This document shows, in pieces, positions 26,820 through 33,945 of a DNA stretch of 33,945 bases. The notes under the pieces are model-generated. The model was given only the letters and a program-made list of their open reading frames with translations, had not been told where the DNA came from and searched no databases. Numbering within the stretch: the first letter of the stretch is position 1; each line of letters begins with the position of its first letter. The position numbers and the translations under genes were made by a program. Source of the stretch: an uncultured Treponema sp. (GTDB lineage Bacteria; Spirochaetota; Spirochaetia; Treponematales; Treponemataceae). The DNA is taken from positions 1 through 33,945 of the forward strand of contig CAJPTT010000001.1 in the NCBI GenBank assembly GCA_905373565.1, in the 5' to 3' direction.

Positions 26820-28754
26820 TTATGCCAAATCCGCGTTCACCGCTACAATTGTACACCCGTGCGGCTTTGCAAACCGCATCTTAAAAAACACATCTCGCTC
26901 AAAGCTCGATCGTACCGGTACAAGAATTACCCCGTCAAAAGGCTCCGTTTCACTCGGCAGCTCTTCGGCTTGTGTGCATTGAGATACAAAAGGTAGATGC
27001 GACTGCAAAAATCTGATAAGCAAACTTACGATACGCTTTTTTTCGTTACGCGTATCGTTTATAACCGGAAGACTTTCTACAACGCTTTCATACGGGTAGC
27101 CGATATACATTTTTTTTGAAAAATCTTTATATTCATCGGGAAGCGCTTCAAGTGCATACAGTTTATCGTCTTCACTTATATATATTGAGGAACCCGGATA
27201 ATCGTCTTGCTGCGTATCGGCGTCGAAATACGAAAAGCTATCAAGATACACCTTTGCCGTCTTTGATAATTTTTCAAGATAAAAAGCGTTTTCCCGTTCA
27301 ACGCAAAAATACACATCGTCATACCCGTCGACAGAAGCTGTGCTTACCGTATTTTTTATTCTTCCGCTACCGACCAGGATTTTACTCCACGCGGCAATTC
27401 CGTTGTTCTTATCGTATAAAAGAGTACACACAACTCCGTCTTTTCGCGTTACAAAAATATTCGGGACCGGTACCCCCGTATAATCAAAATCAACCGCTTC
27501 CGATTGTGCAAATAGATGAGCGGCCGCCTGCGTTAAATCTATCGATTTATACGTTCGCTCTTCATAGTCATATACATAGTTTTTAACGGACCTTCCACCA
27601 GATCCGATATACACAATCGCCTGACCGACTAGGCACGCTTGAAAAGAGCTTGCCCCGTACCTACTGTGCAATTGTACCTGTACATTGGTTGCAGTTACAT
27701 TTTCACCCATTATCCACTCCGAACTTTCCGTTGCGATAATCAAATCTTTTGCGGCGGCAAGCCACTTTATAGCGTCATTCTTATCGCTTCCCAATTCAAA
27801 GCTGTATGCATGGGCAGGGGTGGTTACATTGTTTATTATTTCTTTTTCTTCATAGTCTTCGCTTGTGGGACTGTCGGCATTTTTCCAAAGATGTATCGAT
27901 AATACCATATCTTCTTTATCAACCGTTACTGCATTTGATAACGTCATCGTGTCGTTTGTAACCGATACAACCTTCGTACCGTTTGGAATCCCCTTGTGAC
28001 CTGAAATATAATAATCTGTAATATGTGCAATACCCGTAAAATCTTTCGTAACGGAAGTGAGAATGTTGCTGTCTTTTGTCGCTTTTGCACTGAATACCCG
28101 TAAATCGGGGTTTTTTAACTGTGTAGATTTTGATACCACCGTATCAAAGTAGGTAAAGTTTGTGTATTCAAATACCTTGCTTGCCCAAATCTTCTGCGGT
28201 TCCTTTGTCGTCCCTGCCAGAATAAGACGGCCGTTAAAGATTGCTACGCAGCCCGGATAATTCTCTTCTCCCTCAAACGGAACCTTGTGGGCATTGCCGG
28301 TGATTGCAAGACTTGCCAGTGTAAAACTGTCTCCGCCTTGCCAGTTAATCACATACGGCTTGTAATGCCGATGCACCAAATATAAACTGTCATATGTTTG
28401 TGCGTATTGTATGTCGCTTAGCTGCGCTTTTTTATACAACGGTAAATCGGATGTCGGTAAAAACTCTATAGGATTTCCCGCGTTCGTCAACAGGTTCCCG
28501 TTTTTCCATATCCGTATGTACTCGGCTCCGACTTCAAAAATAAACGACAGGCTATTGTTCACGATAAAAGGGATAAGTCGCGCTTCTCCCTTTAACTTTC
28601 CCAGTCGCTGCGTGCCGCTTCTCCGTGTTATACCGCCTGTCGGAATAACAAAAAAATTATCGAGGCGCCTCACACTCATTTGATAAATTGGTAAATCAAC
28701 TCGTCCGAAAAGACTTTCTGCAACCTCTCCGCCAGCAAAGTTTGTAATCAGCAT
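26820..28754 (-). CDS. Tail tubular protein B (nozzle)
   Basis: NFAGGEV...L.GRVDL..Y...LDNF...PTGG..RR.GT, RLIPF, YPGCVA.FNGRL; beta-propeller character. Confidence 0.88.
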   Translation of the reverse strand: MLITNFAGGEVAESLFGRVDLPIYQMSVRRLDNFFVIPTGGITRRSGTQRLGKLKGEARLIPFIVNNSLSFIFEVGAEYIRIWKNGNLLTNAGNPIEFLPTSDLPLYKKAQLSDIQYAQTYDSLYLVHRHYKPYVINWQGGDSFTLASLAITGNAHKVPFEGEENYPGCVAIFNGRLILAGTTKEPQKIWASKVFEYTNFTYFDTVVSKSTQLKNPDLRVFSAKATKDSNILTSVTKDFTGIAHITDYYISGHKGIPNGTKVVSVTNDTMTLSNAVTVDKEDMVLSIHLWKNADSPTSEDYEEKEIINNVTTPAHAYSFELGSDKNDAIKWLAAAKDLIIATESSEWIMGENVTATNVQVQLHSRYGASSFQACLVGQAIVYIGSGGRSVKNYVYDYEERTYKSIDLTQAAAHLFAQSEAVDFDYTGVPVPNIFVTRKDGVVCTLLYDKNNGIAAWSKILVGSGRIKNTVSTASVDGYDDVYFCVERENAFYLEKLSKTAKVYLDSFSYFDADTQQDDYPGSSIYISEDDKLYALEALPDEYKDFSKKMYIGYPYESVVESLPVINDTRNEKKRIVSLLIRFLQSHLPFVSQCTQAEELPSETEPFDGVILVPVRSSFERDVFFKMRFAKPHGCTIVAVNADLA

Positions 28755-28757
28755 AGC

Positions 28758-29342
28758 TTACCACCATTCTTTTCCGCTTTTTCGTCCGGCGCTCAGCGTT
28801 TTAGTGTTTCTGTACGCCGCCTCTTCTATGACGGCAGCTTCCTGCAAAAGCATTTGGTGTAATTTTTCTTTTCCGGAAAGTTCTAGTGCGATTTTACTTG
28901 CCAAGCGCAATTCAAACGCTTGATAAAACATCACTTCGTATTCTATCCTTTTATATTCAGGATAATCATCGGCCAATATTTCCTGTCCTTCCGGCAGCCT
29001 TCCGTTGGTAATATAAACAAGAATAGGGTCAGATGCATCGGTATAAAGCAGTCTTCCCTCGACGATATAATAACTTTTATCCGTAAGTTCTATAATTTTG
29101 GCACAATCAGGCGGCAGTTTGTAGGCGGAACTGAAATCGCTATAATTTTCACTATCGGCTTTTATGAGTTTTACCCTTCTTTTACCGCTTGTCCACGGAA
29201 TCATTTCCAAACTTTCAAGCATTGTCTGAAGGTAAAACTTCTTAATTAAAAGATAACTTTTAGAACTCTTGTCGCCTTCTTGCAGCCGGCTTTGTCCGAC
29301 AGCCGAAAGCGCTCTGTTCGCCAAATCAGGGTCGATATTCAT
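28758..29342 (-). CDS. Tail tubular protein A (adaptor)
   Basis: LANRALSAVGQ..., W.S.KRR..L, Y.LP.DC, F.QAF..RLA.KIA.EL.G. Confidence 0.85.
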   Translation of the reverse strand: MNIDPDLANRALSAVGQSRLQEGDKSSKSYLLIKKFYLQTMLESLEMIPWTSGKRRVKLIKADSENYSDFSSAYKLPPDCAKIIELTDKSYYIVEGRLLYTDASDPILVYITNGRLPEGQEILADDYPEYKRIEYEVMFYQAFELRLASKIALELSGKEKLHQMLLQEAAVIEEAAYRNTKTLSAGRKSGKEWW

Positions 29343-29360
29343 GTACTACCACCGCCTTGT

Positions 29361-29397
29361 AAAAAGTACAGTGCGAGGCATAAAGCCCCGCACCGCA
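29361..29397 (-). terminator. Intrinsic terminator after the head genes
   Basis: Minus strand TGCGGTGCGGGGC-tttat-GCCTCGCACTGTA-CTTTTT: a 13-bp stem with G-U pairs. Confidence 0.72.
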
Positions 29398-29401
29398 AAG
29401 C

Positions 29402-29629
29402 CTATTCTTTTACGCTAAAATATTCCGGCACGGCCTTATCCGTTACCAAAACATCGCCTTCTCTGTAATACACACCGTCAAACGTACAGCGGGTATTACA
29501 GACATATTCGACTTCCTGAATCTGCTCAGCTTCAAACGTGCTGAGCATTTCATCAAGTTCTTCTTCGCTTATATCGGGATTTTCCTGTCTTAAGCGCTCG
29601 CGTGCTTCTTTAAGCTGTTTTTTTGTCAT
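29402..29629 (-). CDS. Hypothetical head-module protein
   Basis: 75 aa, AGGAG RBS, between the cement and adaptor genes. Confidence 0.72.
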   Translation of the reverse strand: MTKKQLKEARERLRQENPDISEEELDEMLSTFEAEQIQEVEYVCNTRCTFDGVYYREGDVLVTDKAVPEYFSVKE

Positions 29630-29639
29630 GTCCTTCTCC

Positions 29640-30032
29640 TTATACCCGCACTTCGGTGTTCAAAATTGCGTGTACTTTACCTTTGGTAAAGGTACCAGTT
29701 GCAACATACTTTAAGCGCATGTACCGGCCCAATCCTGCCGGTACCGCAATCGAACATAAAGGTTTCCCGTGTGAGGTTTTAAGAGATGCCGCCGGATATG
29801 CCGCAGAGGTTATTCTGTCGGTAAAGGTTGTTCCGTTTGCGCTGTCCTGCAACACAAACTGAACCGACGTCCCGCCTGCAAAGTCTTCGGTAACCCTGAT
29901 ATCGATGCTTTTGCCTTCGGCGCTTCCCTGCTCAACACCGAAATCAATTACATTTTGGCTTTCAACGGAACCGCCGGTAATTGACTGATCATCCGACAGT
30001 TCAAGTTTTTTGTCCAAATACAAATTGTTCAT
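29640..30032 (-). CDS. Capsid cement protein (BPP-1 Bbp16-like)
   Basis: YLDKKLELSDDQSIT...SQNVIDFG...V.EDFAGGTS.QF.LQ.S...RY.RL.Y...G.FT.GKV.A. Follows the major capsid gene. Confidence 0.85.
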   Translation of the reverse strand: MNNLYLDKKLELSDDQSITGGSVESQNVIDFGVEQGSAEGKSIDIRVTEDFAGGTSVQFVLQDSANGTTFTDRITSAAYPAASLKTSHGKPLCSIAVPAGLGRYMRLKYVATGTFTKGKVHAILNTEVRV

Positions 30033-30056
30033 AAATACTCCTGTGAATTAAGATAT

Positions 30057-30089
30057 TTTCAGTAGTCAAGAATTACTTGACTACTGAAA
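30057..30089. repeat. Perfect 14-bp inverted repeat between the capsid and cement genes
   Basis: TTTCAGTAGTCAAG-aatta-CTTGACTACTGAAA; no U-tract follows on the coding strand. Confidence 0.85.
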
Positions 30090-30098
30090 GACATAAGA

Positions 30099-31061
30099 TT
30101 AAGACAGCGCTTGCTCGGTCGAAAGGATTGCATCAACCCTGCGACAGCGGCCTTTGCGGATATGGGTAATAACTTCTCCCCACGGATCTTCGTGTGAATA
30201 CACAGCATTACCTTTGCTGTACGACGCCTTGTCGATTTTTACCAGTACATCCTGATTGCTATAAATGGCAACAGTCGGCGCGCCTTGAGGAAGACGTATC
30301 ATCGCTTCAAGGATAAGTTCTACAATTTTATCCCCTGTGGTCGACGTATCGATGTTGCAGATACGCTTTACCGCATCGGGGTGTGCTACCGACAATCCGT
30401 AATGCGTCGAGAAAAACTGCACATAGGCGGGCATTACCCGACCGCCTTCCATCGGCCAGTTTTGCACCCCCATGTCTTCCGTTTTAACTCCGCAATCGCT
30501 TCTTCCTTTCGGATAGATAAGATGTGCGAACCTCGTACCAAGGGCAGCAACATATACGGACGTACAACTGTTGCCTGTACCGCCTGCGTTGATGACGTTC
30601 TTATTTGTCAGCGATGACAGCCTTACGGAAAGACCGTTAATCTGTTCCGGATTGCGTCCATTATCGCCGTAAATAAGATCTTCGGCCTGCGTTTGCCCCA
30701 TGCCGGACAAAAAAGCAGCCGCTTCACTCTCGCGAAGCGCATTGACATTCCCCGAATGGTCGGCCAAATCCTTATCGACTATGCTGTAATCTTCCAGCAT
30801 AGTGATACGATCGCGCAAAGTGTCCGTCGTTGTCGCACCGGGCGCAATACCCTGATTGTACATGCGGTGGGTACCGCTTCTTAAAGAGGTGCGTACAAGG
30901 GTATTGTGCACCGTCCCGTCGTTTGCCTCGATCACGGGCATATCTTTTAATATTTCATTCGTTTGCGCCATAAGTTCAACGATATGAAATCCGTCCTGAT
31001 TGTTTGCACGACGCATAACCTCAAGCGCCGTCAAGCTGTCTGTCATACTCAAAGTAGGCAT
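30099..31061 (-). CDS. Major capsid protein (BPP-1 Bbp17-like)
   Basis: IVELMAQTNEILKDMP..EAN.GT.H...VRT.L..GT.R.YNQG...MLEDYS.VDK.LA...RRVDAILSTE. Confidence 0.92.
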   Translation of the reverse strand: MPTLSMTDSLTALEVMRRANNQDGFHIVELMAQTNEILKDMPVIEANDGTVHNTLVRTSLRSGTHRMYNQGIAPGATTTDTLRDRITMLEDYSIVDKDLADHSGNVNALRESEAAAFLSGMGQTQAEDLIYGDNGRNPEQINGLSVRLSSLTNKNVINAGGTGNSCTSVYVAALGTRFAHLIYPKGRSDCGVKTEDMGVQNWPMEGGRVMPAYVQFFSTHYGLSVAHPDAVKRICNIDTSTTGDKIVELILEAMIRLPQGAPTVAIYSNQDVLVKIDKASYSKGNAVYSHEDPWGEVITHIRKGRCRRVDAILSTEQALS

Positions 31062-31084
31062 TTTACCATCTCCTAAAAATTATG

Positions 31085-31939
31085 TTAGAAAAACGAGAAC
31101 TTGCCGCCTTTACTTACCTCTTTTACACCCGTCTGTCCGCCGGCAGCATCGGCTAAAGCCGTCTTGCTTTCCCCCAGTGCCTCGCCGATTTTAACAAACA
31201 TACGTACAAAAGATTGATTGTACGCAAGTCCCGTATCTTCCATTTGTTTGAAAACCGCCTCATCGCCGAACAATTTCAGCGCCTTGGTATAGTTTTCCAT
31301 TTTCGCTTGAAAGAGGTTCCCGTATTCTTTTTGCAAGGCGGCATCGGTTTCTTTTGCCTGCTGTACAATCATTTGCTTATACAGCTGTTGCTGGCTTTCG
31401 CCCGCTTTTACCACAAAGTCAAACATCGCCTTTGCCTGCGAATCCGAAAGGTTCGCTTCAAAAGCGGCTTTCGCAAAACTTTTTTCAGCCTCCCTTTCCT
31501 GTTTGAAGCTATATTTTTCCGCAGCTTCAGGCTTGCCCAGTCTTTTGTAAAAAGCGTCCAGTTCCTCTTTGCTTGCTTTTTCGCCGGGGATTGTCGCCAT
31601 CGTTCCCAGTTTTTTTTCAAGCTCTAAATAAGAATTGGCAAGCCCCGAAATGTCTTCAAACTTTGCAAGTGCTTTTACCGCATCCTTATTTTCCTTGAGC
31701 TCCTTGGAAAGTTGTGCCCCCCATGCTTTAAGCTCCGTATGAGCTTGTTTTTCCTGTGTGCTCCCGCCGGGCGTTTCAGGTTTTCCGTCTGTTGCCGTTT
31801 GCACAGCGCCTTGCGTCCCTTGGCCTGCTCCCTTAAAAGCATCTAAAACAGATCCCGTGCCGGTCGCCCCTGTAGCAGAGTTCCCGCCGCTTCCCGTAGA
31901 TGTTTGATTGTCATTCCGGTCAAAATCATCCATTTTCAC
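31085..31939 (-). CDS. Capsid scaffolding protein
   Basis: Disordered N-terminus, FY.RLGKPE...Y, L.KEYG...GL...FVR.FVKIGEALGE. Directly upstream of the major capsid gene. Confidence 0.75.
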   Translation of the reverse strand: MKMDDFDRNDNQTSTGSGGNSATGATGTGSVLDAFKGAGQGTQGAVQTATDGKPETPGGSTQEKQAHTELKAWGAQLSKELKENKDAVKALAKFEDISGLANSYLELEKKLGTMATIPGEKASKEELDAFYKRLGKPEAAEKYSFKQEREAEKSFAKAAFEANLSDSQAKAMFDFVVKAGESQQQLYKQMIVQQAKETDAALQKEYGNLFQAKMENYTKALKLFGDEAVFKQMEDTGLAYNQSFVRMFVKIGEALGESKTALADAAGGQTGVKEVSKGGKFSFF

Positions 31940-31952
31940 ATCTCCTTTAAGG

Positions 31953-32219
31953 TCAATCGAGGTGTGTAATAATAGCGTTCGTCAGTTCAAACGTCTTATT
32001 ACATCCCAGTCTTTCCCTCAATAAAAATTTTGCATATTCGCACAAGGCTTTTTCAGCCTCGCTCGTTGCCTTGTCAAAATAAAAAAGATCTGTTAAAAGC
32101 GCATTAAGTACTACCTTGCCGTCCTCGCTTTTAAACACCCGCCGAAACGTCTTTTTTAACGCTTTTATCTGTTCTTCCGGCGTACTCGTTTCATAACCGG
32201 GTAATACACATTTACTCAT
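31953..32219 (-). CDS. Bbp19-like small head-module protein
   Basis: FRRVFKSEDGKVVL..LL.DL pattern; immediately after the portal gene. Confidence 0.72.
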   Translation of the reverse strand: MSKCVLPGYETSTPEEQIKALKKTFRRVFKSEDGKVVLNALLTDLFYFDKATSEAEKALCEYAKFLLRERLGCNKTFELTNAIITHLD

Positions 32220-33888
32220 TCTCTCCGATTCCCCCTTGTAACTGCTCGCTCAGGGCCGCAATGGGGCTTCCCTGTTGTACCGGTTCGTTTAACTTGTCAT
32301 AATTTTGAGTGAGCTGCGCTTGCTGTTGCATTTGCATTTGCGCTTGCATAGCTTGTATTTGCGCTTGTGCCCGCTGCTGTCTCATCTTTTGTACGTCATC
32401 TTCTTCGCGAATTGCCGATTGTGGAAAGCCGTTTGTATCAAGCACGTTAATAAGCAATTTGTCGACATCGATATAATCAAGGCTTTCAGGCGACATTTGA
32501 ATAACCGGCTGAGCAAGTACAAGACTTGTTTGTACCCCGCCTGTTTGGTGGTAGCGTTTTTGTGCCTGCGCCAAAGGTCCTACAAAATCGATATTTAAGA
32601 CCGCCCCGGAACCTTTGAGCATTTCAGGTACTTCCGGCAATCTGTTTTGCCGATACATTATCGAAAAAGTACGTTTAACAATTTCGGAAAGCGCCTTGTT
32701 TTGATTAACGATAAGACTTGAAAGCATTGCCGCCTTTTCGCCTTGCAGCTCGATTACTTCGGTTGCCGTTTTTTGCGCCTGCTGCGCTTGCAGCATAAGC
32801 ATAAAATCAACGTGAAATTTATCTTTTACCCGCTCCTCAATGTCTTTCACCGTTTCAAGGGTTATAGGAAAGTTTGCCCCGATATTTATCGGGCTCATAA
32901 TCATATCGGGCCTTTCATAATAGTTGTATCCTGCCGGCACGACGCTTTCATGTCCTCGCATTGCATCGGGTACATTCATCGGTGGCTCTGCGACAAGCTG
33001 CGCAAGTTTTAATCGCGCTTCTTCGGCTTTATTTAAAAGTCGCATATCGGGTATTGCCTTGCGTGCAGGACTATCCCCGTACGCACTCTGCGCAAGATGC
33101 TCCCAAATAAAAATGCTGTAAGGCAATTCGTGATAACCGCCTTCTTCCAGTATTGCATCGTTATCAAGGTCAATATAAAAGCTGGCATACGCCATGTTCT
33201 TATCGTCAAGTTTTTCCGTGTCGTATTCATCGCGTGGAAAGACGGCGTGCAATATTTTTATTTCTTTTTGCCTGCCGGTAACATCTTCGCTTTCTTTTTT
33301 AATTTCCTCGCCAACATTCTCTTTGCCAAAACGCGAAACAATATTTTTTATCGTCATTGAAAAACAACGAAACACAGTATCAACGTCTCCGTACTCGTTT
33401 GTTGCAATATATACTTCAGGCTCGGCAACGCTCATAAACCGGCAGGCGTTTTCCTGTTTCTCATCGATTAACATAACGCCATGGCCAAACATCGCCGCAT
33501 TGGTAATAAAGACCGGTGCTTGCGAATATAAATTGTTGCGGTTAAACTCTTCATAAAGAGCTTTTTCCGTTTTTTCGAGCCAATCTTTAACGCCGTAATA
33601 ATCAAGCATTGCAGAATTGCTCAAAGACAGTTTTAACCACGTTACATTCGGGCTTATGGTATAACCCATAATCCCCGATACCAGCTTATCAAGGTATTCG
33701 GTCGGCCGCCCCGTGTGGCGCATAGGACGTTTAATTTCATCTTTTGTCCCCGTCCACTCGAATGTCCTGCTGCCAAGATATGTACATACATCTTGCCATT
33801 CAGCTTCATGTATTGTGCGCTTGCTTTTCAAAAGCTCAAAGTGCGTCTTTATATCTTCCAGTGTTTTTTTTGTATCTTTTTCCGCCAT
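32212..33888 (-). CDS. Portal / head-to-tail connector (T7 gp8 / Bbp21-like)
   Basis: LKSKR...EAEWQD..., YGDSPA, KTATEV, IDFVGPLAQAQ, Gln-rich C-terminus. Confidence 0.94.
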   Translation of the reverse strand: MAEKDTKKTLEDIKTHFELLKSKRTIHEAEWQDVCTYLGSRTFEWTGTKDEIKRPMRHTGRPTEYLDKLVSGIMGYTISPNVTWLKLSLSNSAMLDYYGVKDWLEKTEKALYEEFNRNNLYSQAPVFITNAAMFGHGVMLIDEKQENACRFMSVAEPEVYIATNEYGDVDTVFRCFSMTIKNIVSRFGKENVGEEIKKESEDVTGRQKEIKILHAVFPRDEYDTEKLDDKNMAYASFYIDLDNDAILEEGGYHELPYSIFIWEHLAQSAYGDSPARKAIPDMRLLNKAEEARLKLAQLVAEPPMNVPDAMRGHESVVPAGYNYYERPDMIMSPINIGANFPITLETVKDIEERVKDKFHVDFMLMLQAQQAQKTATEVIELQGEKAAMLSSLIVNQNKALSEIVKRTFSIMYRQNRLPEVPEMLKGSGAVLNIDFVGPLAQAQKRYHQTGGVQTSLVLAQPVIQMSPESLDYIDVDKLLINVLDTNGFPQSAIREEDDVQKMRQQRAQAQIQAMQAQMQMQQQAQLTQNYDKLNEPVQQGSPIAALSEQLQGGIGENE

Positions 33889-33945
33889 AATAAAACTATA
33901 GCGCTTCCAGTCTTGATTCGTTATAGACTTTATAAAATTATTTTT

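Larger units (their letters stand above)
1..33945. mobile_element. Podovirus-type bacteriophage genome, probably complete and circularly permuted
   Basis: Full head, tail, packaging and replication modules with no host housekeeping genes. Joining the ends puts terL 64 bp upstream of the portal on the same strand. Confidence 0.85.

Noticed and set aside
32300..32385. Gln/Ala/Met low-complexity repeat at the portal C-terminus
   Set aside because: Ordinary feature of this portal family.
33889..33945. Late promoter or leaderless start for the portal (TATAGT 6 nt before ATG)
   Set aside because: No supporting -35 element, and the AT-rich context makes a chance match likely.

Overview
The window looks like an essentially complete ~34 kb podovirus genome of the BPP-1/T7-connector structural type, apparently opened between the terminase large subunit and the portal. 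The host is probably a spirochete (Treponema-like); this is inferred from two accessory genes. Almost all genes lie on the minus strand. The structural block runs portal, Bbp19-like protein, scaffold, Bbp17-like major capsid, Bbp16-like cement, tail adaptor and nozzle, three ejection proteins (one a 2462-aa polyvalent protein) and three tail fibre/spike candidates. The early block has a helicase-methyltransferase fusion, small ORFs, a C5 cytosine methyltransferase, a replication initiator with an internal iteron origin, terS and terL. Two AT-rich plus-strand genes encode predicted outer-membrane beta-barrels. I found no integrase, CI-like repressor, partition, lysis, reverse transcriptase, tRNA or CRISPR elements. 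The main observations are: (1) a structured RNA leader with complementary loops and mutually exclusive terminator/antiterminator folds ahead of the early operon; (2) a second gene nested in another frame of the C5 methyltransferase, resembling M.EcoHK31I beta; (3) a Cys-rich micro-ORF reachable only by a -1 shift at an A6 run; (4) a 1519-bp gene cassette bounded by direct repeats; (5) an apparent domain-deletion scar in the polyvalent protein. Family assignments come from motif recognition and memory, not database searches.
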